A stretch of 32,000 bases of DNA from positions 1-32,000 of the forward strand of contig CAZLCX010000010.1 in NCBI GenBank assembly GCA_964558325.1, read 5' to 3'. The first letter of the stretch is position 1, and each line of letters opens with the position of its first letter. Source of the stretch: an uncultured Halanaerobiaceae bacterium (lineage in GTDB: Bacteria > Bacillota > Halanaerobiia > Halanaerobiales > Halarsenatibacteraceae). Positions 1 through 10,343 of the stretch are shown here, one piece after another. The position numbers were made by a program, and so were the translations under genes. Under the pieces are notes generated by a model. The model saw only the letters and a program-made list of their open reading frames with translations. It was not told the DNA's origin and ran no database searches.

Positions 1-2
1 TA

Positions 3-689
3 AATTTCGGAAGTATATTTCTAATCCTATCATTAATCCTAATCTACATAATCAAAGACTTCTTTTATTCTAAATTACAACAAATGAATACTGTTACCCA
101 GGTAGTCGAAAGTTTTCTTAAAGTTATCGACTCGAAAGATGATTATACAGAAGGCCACTGCGAACGGGTATCTCAATATGCAGGTATCCTCTGTCGCAAG
201 GCTGGTTTAAAGCATAATCAGGTTGAAAAAATTGTCAATATGGCCAAGATTCATGATATAGGAAAGATTAGTGTGCCTGATAAAATACTAAAAAGTTCAG
301 GCAAATTATCTGATAAAGAGTATGCAGAAATGAAAAACCATAGTAAATATGGATATGAGATATTAGAAGATCTTGATATCTTTAAAAAAGATTTAGAAAT
401 TATCAAACATCATCACGAAAGATATGACGGTAATGGCTATCCTGATGGTTTAAAAGGTGACGACATTCCACTTGGCTCCAGAATCCTGGCAATCTGTGAT
501 GCCTACGATGTTATGTCCACCGGGCGAGTTTATAAACCTGCCTTAACCAGGAAAGAAATAATTGCAGAATTTGAAAAATGCTCTGGAAAACAGTTTGATC
601 CTAATTATACTGATATGATGATTGAACTAATAAAAGAAGAAGAATTTGGAGGGATAATGGCAGATGAAAAAGTTAAAAAAGCAAATTGA
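3..689 (+). CDS. HD-GYP domain protein (c-di-GMP phosphodiesterase family), 5' end cut by the window edge
   Basis: The 84..689 ORF contains HDIGK and HHHERYDGNGYP motifs. The same frame stays open back to nt 3 and encodes a hydrophobic segment (FGSIFLILSLILIYII). No Shine-Dalgarno precedes the ATG at 84, so the real start is probably upstream of the window. Confidence 0.85.
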   Translation, partial: NFGSIFLILSLILIYIIKDFFYSKLQQMNTVTQVVESFLKVIDSKDDYTEGHCERVSQYAGILCRKAGLKHNQVEKIVNMAKIHDIGKISVPDKILKSSGKLSDKEYAEMKNHSKYGYEILEDLDIFKKDLEIIKHHHERYDGNGYPDGLKGDDIPLGSRILAICDAYDVMSTGRVYKPALTRKEIIAEFEKCSGKQFDPNYTDMMIELIKEEEFGGIMADEKVKKAN

Positions 690-1275
690 GTCTATCGATG
701 GAGTAATATCCTGTAGATTAACAGGAGAAAATGAAATAGATGAAGTTCATATAATTTCAGATGATTCCAGAATGCCAAAAAGAATTGTCAGGGATATTGA
801 AACTATTGTTTTAGTTGAAACAGGGGAAGAACTTAATCATAAAAAGATAAGTATTGCATCCCTTACTAATTACAGTGAAGGTAATAACGAAAGAGCAATA
901 GAGCTGATAAGTGTTTACCATGAAAATAATAAACCTATCTGCAATTACAAACTAAAAATAGGCAATGAGATGAAAAATGAATCCATTGAAGGTTCCAACG
1001 TCGAAGGAATTGCCTGGTTATCAGCCAAAGGAATGATAGAGGTTATAGAAAAATATGAATTAATTAATGGCAACATTCAGATGGAAAATGTCTGTTTAAC
1101 AGGAAAAGATAGCAATGCTGTACTTGTTGAATTACAGATATTCCTGGGTAGAAATTTTCAGAGCGGCCAGAAATTATTAGGTGCTGTTTATATTAATAAT
1201 AATCTACCTCTGGCAGCTGCCAAAGCAGCCCTTAAGGCTTTAAATAGACAGATAAACTATACAGAAACAATCTAA
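664..1275 (+). CDS. Hypothetical soluble protein, 203 aa, translationally coupled to the HD-GYP gene
   Basis: ATG at 664 is preceded by GGAGGG (648..653) and overlaps the HD-GYP stop by 26 nt. There is no TM segment and I recognise no motif. The C-terminal ...PLAAAKAALKALNRQ helix looks like a small alpha/beta regulatory fold, but that is only an impression. Confidence 0.6.
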   Translation: MKKLKKQIESIDGVISCRLTGENEIDEVHIISDDSRMPKRIVRDIETIVLVETGEELNHKKISIASLTNYSEGNNERAIELISVYHENNKPICNYKLKIGNEMKNESIEGSNVEGIAWLSAKGMIEVIEKYELINGNIQMENVCLTGKDSNAVLVELQIFLGRNFQSGQKLLGAVYINNNLPLAAAKAALKALNRQINYTETI

Positions 1276-2096
1276 TTATCAAGGGCATCTCGTTTTATTA
1301 AAAAGAGAACAAAGAGTAAATATAAACCGATTAGAAAGTAATTGCCTTCAACTGGAAATTCAAAAATCTCTTCAGTAAAATAATAGGTGAAATTAAATAA
1401 AATAACAGCTAATAAACTTCTGCCTGTTCTATTGTAAACCCAGGTTAGGATAATAGCAAGAATTAATATATTCATCTGATATAACCAGAATTGAATGGAA
1501 GCAACTGTCATTGACGAATGACTTGTCCCAATAATAAAATACAAGGGAGCCTGCCAGATAATCATTGCCAGACCAACTGCCAGTCCGGATTTTAATGATG
1601 ACCAGCCAAGTTGGAGCTCAAAGAGAGCAATCCCCCTCCAGGCCAACTCTTCATAGATAGCCGGGATTAATAATAAGATTATAAAAACTGGTCCTAAATT
1701 AAATAAACTCTCAAATGATATTTGTGCCATATAAGATATCTGATTATTTAAAAAGAGTTTATTAAACCCACCAGTTATTAAATTAAATGTAACTGGGATT
1801 ATTATAATGAATAATGCCCATTTGAGCGAAAAATTTCTTTTCGTTAATAACTCTTCTTTTATTCGCTGCCTACCCCAGGAACCATAATTCCCATAGATAA
1901 ATATTATTGAGGAAACTATTAACATAAATTTTCCTAATAAATAAAATCCCATCACAAAATTACTTTCAACCATTGATTCCTGACTTACAGCTGCCGGCAA
2001 CCAGGCTAACCAACTTAAGACAATTGCCAGCCTGATAAATCCTATTCCCCGTTTAAGGCCAATTTCAGTCCTCTTAATTTTATTATTATCCCTCAC
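1272..2096 (-). CDS. CPBP (CAAX protease/Abi) family intramembrane protein
   Basis: Polytopic membrane protein with the EExxxR motif (YEELAWRG). GTG start at 2096 is preceded by AAGGGGG. The later His motifs of the family look degenerate (see findings). Confidence 0.75.
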   Translation of the reverse strand: MRDNNKIKRTEIGLKRGIGFIRLAIVLSWLAWLPAAVSQESMVESNFVMGFYLLGKFMLIVSSIIFIYGNYGSWGRQRIKEELLTKRNFSLKWALFIIIIPVTFNLITGGFNKLFLNNQISYMAQISFESLFNLGPVFIILLLIPAIYEELAWRGIALFELQLGWSSLKSGLAVGLAMIIWQAPLYFIIGTSHSSMTVASIQFWLYQMNILILAIILTWVYNRTGRSLLAVILFNFTYYFTEEIFEFPVEGNYFLIGLYLLFVLFLIKRDALDN

Positions 2097-2237
2097 AGGC
2101 CAACCCCCTTTTATCAGTAATTTATACCTTATAATTCAAGGTGAATAAGATATATCCTGCAAAATCTTTTTTAAAATTAAAGAAGTTTAAAACTTATAAG
2201 TTAAAACTGATCTAAATTTGTAAACCAGTTTACATAC

Positions 2238-2255
2238 ATACCCCCTGAGGGGTAT
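2238..2255. promoter_or_regulatory. Perfect inverted repeat ATACCCC-CTGA-GGGGTAT, candidate CsoR/RcnR-family operator (site 1)
   Basis: 7-bp perfect arms with a C4/G4 core flanked by ATA/TAT. It abuts a TATAAT hexamer at 2256..2261 and lies 56 nt upstream of the 2311 ATG. Confidence 0.5.
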
Positions 2256-2271
2256 TATAATGATATTAGTC

Positions 2272-2286
2272 TACCCGCCAGGGGTA
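2272..2286. promoter_or_regulatory. Second, imperfect copy TACCC-GCCAG-GGGTA, candidate operator (site 2)
   Basis: Same TACCC...GGGGTAT architecture, about 33 bp centre to centre from site 1, immediately before the RBS AAGGAGG of the 2311 ORF. Confidence 0.4.
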
Positions 2287-2310
2287 TAAGCTTATAAGGA
2301 GGAAAAATCA

Positions 2311-2793
2311 ATGGAAGCATTATACATTATTATGTTTGTATTATTAATCGTTTCATTTGTTTTTGATAAAGACAAAACTATCTCATCTGTCAAAAGAGGT
2401 AGAGATAAATTCATGAAAATTCTACCTGGATATTTAAAACTTCTTGTTATTATTTCACTTGTATTACTTTTTTCTGAAGATTTAATTGTGGAATATCTAG
2501 GTGGTCAAAATATAATTCTTGGTAGCATTATGGGCTTAATTATTGGTTCAATCACAATGATGCCTGGTTTTATAGCCTATCCACTAGCCGGTGTCTTACT
2601 GTCAAGAGGAGTAAGTTATATGGTTATTGCCTCATTTATTACCACCTTAATGATGGTTGGTGTTGTCACTTATCCAGTTGAAAAAGAATATATGGGTACC
2701 AGGGCTACTATTTATAGAAATGTTGCAAGTCTGATTATTGCAGCCTTAATAACAATATCAATGGGCTTATTTTATGGAGAGGTGTTATTCTAA
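2311..2793 (+). CDS. Membrane permease subunit A (half-size, predicted-permease DUF318/ArsP-like)
   Basis: 160 aa, about 4 TM segments, strong RBS AAGGAGG. Core segment PGFIAYPLAGVLLSRGVSYMVIASFITT is paralogous to the next ORF. Confidence 0.7.
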   Translation: MEALYIIMFVLLIVSFVFDKDKTISSVKRGRDKFMKILPGYLKLLVIISLVLLFSEDLIVEYLGGQNIILGSIMGLIIGSITMMPGFIAYPLAGVLLSRGVSYMVIASFITTLMMVGVVTYPVEKEYMGTRATIYRNVASLIIAALITISMGLFYGEVLF

Positions 2794-3328
2794 AATGAAA
2801 AAGAAAAAATCTAACAATAAATTAAATTATAGCATATTTGGTATCTTTGTTGGTTTTCTTATTATCTCGAGAGTCATCAATTACGATCTTGGCATAGAGA
2901 TGGGGAATAATTTCTGGATTTTCGCCAGGGATATGATCTTAATTCTTCCACCAGCCTTTGTCATCATCGGCTTATTTGAAATCTGGGTCGATAGAGAAAC
3001 AATTGAAAATAATTTTGGGGAAACTTCTGGAATCAAAAAGCATATATACGCAATTTTACTCGCAGCAACAACAGTTGGCGGTACATTTGTCGCCTTCCCA
3101 GTTGCCAATTCATTATATCATAAAGGAGCAGATTATAGCTCAATATTCACCTATATAACATCTGCATCACTGGTTATGATTCCAATGAGTATTATGGAGG
3201 CATCGATCCTTGGCTTAGAATTTACTTTAATAAGAATTGGAATATCTTTACCACTGGTTATTATAAGTTCAATAATACTTGCTTCCCTATTCCAGGAATA
3301 TCATTACCAATTACCAAGTGATGTTTAA
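2774..3328 (+). CDS. Membrane permease subunit B (half-size, paralogous to subunit A)
   Basis: 184 aa and overlaps the previous ORF by 20 nt. Segment FVAFPVANSLYHKGADYSSIFTYITS aligns with the subunit A core. Confidence 0.7.
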   Translation: MERCYSKMKKKKSNNKLNYSIFGIFVGFLIISRVINYDLGIEMGNNFWIFARDMILILPPAFVIIGLFEIWVDRETIENNFGETSGIKKHIYAILLAATTVGGTFVAFPVANSLYHKGADYSSIFTYITSASLVMIPMSIMEASILGLEFTLIRIGISLPLVIISSIILASLFQEYHYQLPSDV

Positions 3329-3329
3329 A

Positions 3330-4196
3330 TTAAGCTCTGTTTCTTAAATATTCAAGAATATCTATAGGCATTGTTTTACCTTCAGGAATTCTTTCTTCAA
3401 AATTTTCTCTGGAGTAAAAACTATTTAATGCCTTTTTGAAGTCCTGATTGAACTTGCCATCAACAGGACCATCATATAAGCCAAAGTCAATTAATAATTC
3501 CTGAACTTCAATCAATTGCTGGCCTTTAAGCTCAACATGTTCAACATCATTCTCCAAAAAATAGAGATAAAATAGATCAAGCAGCTCGGCCAGCTTCTCT
3601 ATTGGTTCAGGATGGTCATCAACCCTCAAATCAATATATTTATCAGTTAATCCTCCATACCCGCCATTCTCTTTATAAACCAGGAGGGCTGCTGCCTGCT
3701 GACCCCTGGAATCTCCACCGGCTGACTGACCTGCCTGTAGAGCTTTTAATAACCTATCAGCAAGCCGACCTTCTGTTTTCTCAAAAATTCTGGCCATCTC
3801 TTCAACTGTTGCTTGATTAACCAGAATATTTCCCTGAACAGCATAATTATCTCCAGTTATGCCTCCGGCCCAATCCAGACATTCAGAGCCAGTAAAATTA
3901 GCAGAACGACCTTTAAAATCAACAATGCCTAGCTGTCGGTGAGAAGAACCATCATCACTGTCTGTCAATATTTCTATAACCTCTGATGGTGAATTTCCCT
4001 TTTCTAATAGTTCAATTCCATCTGGACCATAGGCAGGATTAGCCAATGCCTGGGTTGCAATGGCACCAACACCTGCTTTAATATATGGCACTATAGCACC
4101 AGCTGCTAAAAACTTAGACTGAACTGCCACTCCAAGCTCTTCTGTCTCAGGGTCAAATCCAACAATAGAAAATGTAGAAGTCTTTTTAGTTTTCAT
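3330..4196 (-). CDS. DUF1028 (Ntn-hydrolase-like) family protein with C-terminal peptidoglycan-binding-like domain
   Basis: N-terminus TFSIVGFDPETEELGVAVQSKFLAAGAIVPY is typical of DUF1028. The C-terminus LIDFGLYDGPVDGKFNQDFKKALNSFY resembles PG_binding_1. RBS AAGGAAGTGA. Confidence 0.75.
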   Translation of the reverse strand: MKTKKTSTFSIVGFDPETEELGVAVQSKFLAAGAIVPYIKAGVGAIATQALANPAYGPDGIELLEKGNSPSEVIEILTDSDDGSSHRQLGIVDFKGRSANFTGSECLDWAGGITGDNYAVQGNILVNQATVEEMARIFEKTEGRLADRLLKALQAGQSAGGDSRGQQAAALLVYKENGGYGGLTDKYIDLRVDDHPEPIEKLAELLDLFYLYFLENDVEHVELKGQQLIEVQELLIDFGLYDGPVDGKFNQDFKKALNSFYSRENFEERIPEGKTMPIDILEYLRNRA

Positions 4197-4328
4197 TATC
4201 TCACTTCCTTTTTAAAAATTAATTACATTTTAATATTGACCAAAATCGACTTAGCATAAAACTTTAATATACCATCCCCGCCTCACCCCTACTACATCTC
4301 TACCTCTCCAATTTAAGCTCTTATTCTA

Positions 4329-4357
4329 ATTATATTTTTAAAGCAATAAGAATGCAA
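4329..4357 (-). promoter_or_regulatory. Sigma-A-type promoter for the DUF1028 gene (TTGCAT-17-TATAAT)
   Basis: On the minus strand, TTGCAT (4357..4352) is followed by a 17-nt spacer and TATAAT (4334..4329), directly after the atp terminator. Confidence 0.5.
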
Positions 4358-4371
4358 CCTATTTAATTAGC

Positions 4372-4404
4372 AAAAAGCCAGCCGCATTATAAATACGACT
4401 GACT
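4372..4404 (-). terminator. Rho-independent terminator of the atp operon
   Basis: Minus strand AGUCAGUCG-11 nt loop-CGGCUGGCU (9 bp, two G-U pairs) followed by UUUU, 18 nt after the atpC stop. Confidence 0.5.
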
Positions 4405-4421
4405 CATTAATTACAAAGCTA

Positions 4422-4841
4422 TTAATCTCCAAATTTATTTGATTTTGACTTGGCTGCATTAATTCTGCTAATAGCTCTGTCTAAAGCAGCCTCAGCCCGG
4501 GCCTGCTCAAGCTTAGACTGTTCTTCTCTTAATCTTCTTTCAGCCCTTTCCTTAGCCTTTTTAGCCCTCTGAAGATCAATCTCCTCAGGCAGTTCTGCTG
4601 TCCTGACAATCAAATTTATTTTGTCTGGCTTTACTTCTAAAAAACCATCACTAATAGGTATTGGAATCTCTTTGCCATCATTTTTAACCCTGATCACTGA
4701 ATTTTCTAAAGCTGTCACAAGGGGGGTATGACCTGGCATAATACCTATGTTACCATCAATCGCCCTTGCAATAAGCATATCTACTTCATTGCTATATACA
4801 ACTCTTCTTGGAGTCGTTATATCTAATTGGACTTTGGCCAT
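4422..4841 (-). CDS. atpC: F1 ATP synthase epsilon subunit
   Basis: 139 aa with a typical epsilon N-terminal beta domain and helical C-terminus. Last gene of the atp operon. Confidence 0.95.
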   Translation of the reverse strand: MAKVQLDITTPRRVVYSNEVDMLIARAIDGNIGIMPGHTPLVTALENSVIRVKNDGKEIPIPISDGFLEVKPDKINLIVRTAELPEEIDLQRAKKAKERAERRLREEQSKLEQARAEAALDRAISRINAAKSKSNKFGD

Positions 4842-4843
4842 AA

Positions 4844-7215
<2,372 letters not shown>

Positions 7216-7248
7216 AAATTACTCACCTCTATTCTCTACCTCAATAAA

Positions 7249-8832
7249 TTAACCTGCTATTTCTTCATCTGACTGATCAGTTTCATCAAGCTCTTCAACT
7301 TCGCCTACAATACTCTCTTCTTTAATTGAGAAAGTATCAGCAAATTCGGTAATAACCTCTTTTAATTTTTCTTCAATTTCATCAGTCATCTTGCCTACTT
7401 CAACAATATCATCAAGCAAGTCACTATAACTTGAACGACAATAAGATAACAATTCTTTCTCAAAGCGGCGGATATTACTTACAGGAATCTCATCTAAATA
7501 TCCATTAGTTACCCCATATATTATAACCACCTGTTCAGCAACAGGCATTGGTTGATTTTCATTCTGCTTTAGAACCTCAACAATTCTCTCACCCCGGGCC
7601 AGTCGTCTCTGAGTAGATTGGTCTAAATCAGATCCAAACTGGGAAAAAGCCTCTAATTCACGATACTGGGATAGATCAAGCCTTAAAGTACCAGCAACTT
7701 CTTTCATAGCTTTTATCTGGGCATCTCCACCTACACGGGAGACTGAAATACCAACATTAATAGCCGGTCTTACACCTGAGAAGAATAACTCACTCTCAAG
7801 ATATATCTGGCCATCAGTAATAGAAATAACATTAGTAGGAATAAATGCTGAGACATCTCCAGCCTGGGTTTCAATAATCGGTAGAGCTGTTAAAGACCCT
7901 CCACCATAATCAGGGTTTAATTTAGCTGCCCTCTCTAATAAACGGGAATGCAAGTAAAATACATCTCCAGGATAAGCCTCACGTCCTGGTGGTCTCCTCA
8001 ATAATAAAGACATAGCTCGATATGAATCAGCATGCTTGGATAAATCATCATAAACAACTAATACATCTTTCCCCTGGTCATACATAAAAAACTCGCCCAT
8101 AGCACAACCAGCATAAGGAGCTATGTAACGCAGTGGTGCAGGGTCACTGGCAGTTGCAGATACAATAATTGTATAATCCATTGCACCTTCCCTGGCAAGC
8201 CTTTCCCTGAGTCTGGCAACATTAGATGCTTTCTGGCCAATGGCTACATAAACACAGACTACATCATTATCCCGCTGATTAATAATGGTATCTACAGCAA
8301 TTGCAGTCTTACCAGTCTGACGGTCACCGATTATTAATTCACGCTGACCACGGCCAATCGGAATCATTGAATCAACAGCCTTTAAACCAGTCTGTAATGG
8401 GACTTTAACAGGCTCTCTGGTAATAACTCCAGGGGCCTTATATTCAGTTGGCCGAGTTTTATCAGTATCGATCTTACCCTTACCATCAAGGGGTTGCCCT
8501 AAAGAGTTGACTACCCTTCCCAGCATATTTTCTCCAACTGGAACCTCAATAACTCTTCCAGTTCTCTTAACCTCATCGCCTTCCTGAATTTTTCTTTCGT
8601 CACCTAAAATAACAATCCCCACATTATCTTCTTCAAGGTTTAAGGCCATACCATAAACTTCATTTGGAAATTCCACAAGTTCCATAGACATACAATCTTC
8701 TAAACCATAAACGTGGGCTATACCATCACCAACATCTAAAACTGTTCCAACCCCGGTAGTTTTTAAATCACTACCATAATTTTCAATTTCATTCTTTATT
8801 ACCGCACTAATCTCTTCCGGTCTGAGTTTCAT
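7249..8832 (-). CDS. atpA: F1 ATP synthase alpha subunit (with acidic C-terminal extension)
   Basis: Walker A GDRQTGKT and conserved alpha core. 527 aa. Confidence 0.98.
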   Translation of the reverse strand: MKLRPEEISAVIKNEIENYGSDLKTTGVGTVLDVGDGIAHVYGLEDCMSMELVEFPNEVYGMALNLEEDNVGIVILGDERKIQEGDEVKRTGRVIEVPVGENMLGRVVNSLGQPLDGKGKIDTDKTRPTEYKAPGVITREPVKVPLQTGLKAVDSMIPIGRGQRELIIGDRQTGKTAIAVDTIINQRDNDVVCVYVAIGQKASNVARLRERLAREGAMDYTIIVSATASDPAPLRYIAPYAGCAMGEFFMYDQGKDVLVVYDDLSKHADSYRAMSLLLRRPPGREAYPGDVFYLHSRLLERAAKLNPDYGGGSLTALPIIETQAGDVSAFIPTNVISITDGQIYLESELFFSGVRPAINVGISVSRVGGDAQIKAMKEVAGTLRLDLSQYRELEAFSQFGSDLDQSTQRRLARGERIVEVLKQNENQPMPVAEQVVIIYGVTNGYLDEIPVSNIRRFEKELLSYCRSSYSDLLDDIVEVGKMTDEIEEKLKEVITEFADTFSIKEESIVGEVEELDETDQSDEEIAG

Positions 8833-8833
8833 T

Positions 8834-9397
8834 TCATTCCACCCCTAACTTGCTAACAGGTATTTGTTCTAACCTTTTTTGCAATTCTTCAAGTTCTGAT
8901 TTAATGCTTCCATCAATTACTTTATCGCCAATCTTTATTCTAATACCACCAATTAAATCTTTATCAACTTTTGAGTTTAATTCAATCTCATAATCTAAAA
9001 TATCAGCTAATTTTCTTCTTATCTGATCAATTAAATCATCTGGCAGCTCAATGGCTGCCTTAAGTTCAACTTCTAAAATTTTACTAAATTCTTTTAACCT
9101 TAGCTCAAAATCTCTGGCTATAGAATTTATAAATGTTATCCTTCTTTTATCAATTAAAAGCTGACAGAATTGAGCAGTCAATTCTGAGATCTCATCTTCT
9201 ATTATTTTAAGAAATACTTCTTTTTTCTTATTATCTTCAATTCTAGGATGATAGAGAAGATTTTTAAAATCAGATGATTCTTTGATAGTTTTCCTTAATA
9301 ATTGAAGATCATTATTTACTTCCTGTAATTGATCCTTTTCAGAAGCCAATTGAAAAATTGCCTTCCCATACTTTTTGGCAATTTCATTTTCTATCAT
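8834..9397 (-). CDS. atpH: F1 ATP synthase delta (OSCP) subunit
   Basis: 187 aa, position between atpF and atpA, C-terminal [15 protein letters not shown] motif. Confidence 0.93.
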   Translation of the reverse strand: MIENEIAKKYGKAIFQLASEKDQLQEVNNDLQLLRKTIKESSDFKNLLYHPRIEDNKKKEVFLKIIEDEISELTAQFCQLLIDKRRITFINSIARDFELRLKEFSKILEVELKAAIELPDDLIDQIRRKLADILDYEIELNSKVDKDLIGGIRIKIGDKVIDGSIKSELEELQKRLEQIPVSKLGVE

Positions 9398-9894
9398 CCG
9401 ACTTCACCTAACCCTGAATCTTCTATATCTTTAAGATATTTATTTACTAGCTCAATATGATCCTTTTCATCCAGCTCTTCAGAAAGAAACTTACTTGCAA
9501 CTTTTAGTGACAGACCGGCTACTTCCTGTCTTAAATCATCAACTGCTTCTGCTTTGGCCTGTTCAATCTCTGCAAGATTTTTTTCTTTAATTCTATGAGC
9601 TTCTTCCTCTGCAGCTTCAATAATCTCTTCAGCTCTTTTATTACCCTGAGCCTCAGCTTCTTCAATTATTTCCTGAGATTTCTGTCTTGCCTTCTTTAAT
9701 TCAGCTTCTTTTTCCGCCTTTAATTTCCGAGCTTTTTCTTTCTGTTCTCTAGCCTCTTTAAGATCAGTTTTTATCTTTGATGACCTTTTATCTAACATTT
9801 CAGTTATAGGCCCAAAAAGAAATCTTTTCAATAGATACATTAACACTAAGAAGTTGACTACTTCCCAGAGCATTGTAATATTAATATCTACCAA
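9394..9894 (-). CDS. atpF: Fo ATP synthase b subunit
   Basis: Single N-terminal TM followed by a long charged helix. TTG start at 9894 downstream of AGGAGGT. Overlaps atpH by 4 nt. Confidence 0.9.
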   Translation of the reverse strand: MVDINITMLWEVVNFLVLMYLLKRFLFGPITEMLDKRSSKIKTDLKEAREQKEKARKLKAEKEAELKKARQKSQEIIEEAEAQGNKRAEEIIEAAEEEAHRIKEKNLAEIEQAKAEAVDDLRQEVAGLSLKVASKFLSEELDEKDHIELVNKYLKDIEDSGLGEVG

Positions 9895-9983
9895 CTCATG
9901 CTCACCTCCTGATTAATTTAAACATAATATACTGGACTAGCTGGCAATTTATTATTTATTATATTAATTATATTATAAATGCG

Positions 9984-10007
9984 AAGCCGGCCGCTAGAGA
10001 CCGGCTT
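9984..10007 (-). other. Intra-operon GC-rich hairpin between atpE and atpF
   Basis: AAGCCGG-10 nt-CCGGCUU with no following U-tract. It lies in the 131-nt atpE-atpF spacer. Confidence 0.4.
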
Positions 10008-10025
10008 ATCTAAAATAAACTATTA

Positions 10026-10295
<270 letters not shown>

Positions 10296-10343
10296 TTACC
10301 TCCTTTCTGGATATCAAGTCAAAAATTTAATTCAGACTACAAT

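Noticed and set aside
2881-3158. ORFs 2881..3108(-) and 2958..3158(+) inside the second permease gene
   Set aside because: They are short alternative-frame ORFs within a CDS that has coherent TM topology. They have no start context.
3602-3820. Short shadow ORFs listed in the six-frame track. This span is the 72-aa plus-strand ORF inside the DUF1028 gene. The same reasoning covers 11232..11474, 14876..15064, 16086..16343, 18350..18712, 18709..18942, 20176..20475, 21227..21415, 21762..22067, 25859..26338, 27606..27872, 28241..28492, 29510..29752 and 30360..30587.
   Set aside because: All lie mostly or wholly within, or antisense to, strongly supported conserved genes. They lack Shine-Dalgarno sequences and encode low-complexity peptides.
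4272-4309. G-quadruplex in the DUF1028 leader
   Set aside because: There are only two G4 runs plus scattered GG pairs, so at best a weak two-tier structure could form. The compositional oddity is kept in the findings, but a G4 is not asserted.
9889-9900. Mini-ORF ATG AGT TGG TAG (M-S-W-stop) directly after the atpF Shine-Dalgarno, overlapping the TTG start
   Set aside because: Three codons is too short to argue for function. It is most likely a coincidental ATG, so the atpF start stays at TTG 9894 (or possibly ATG 9873).
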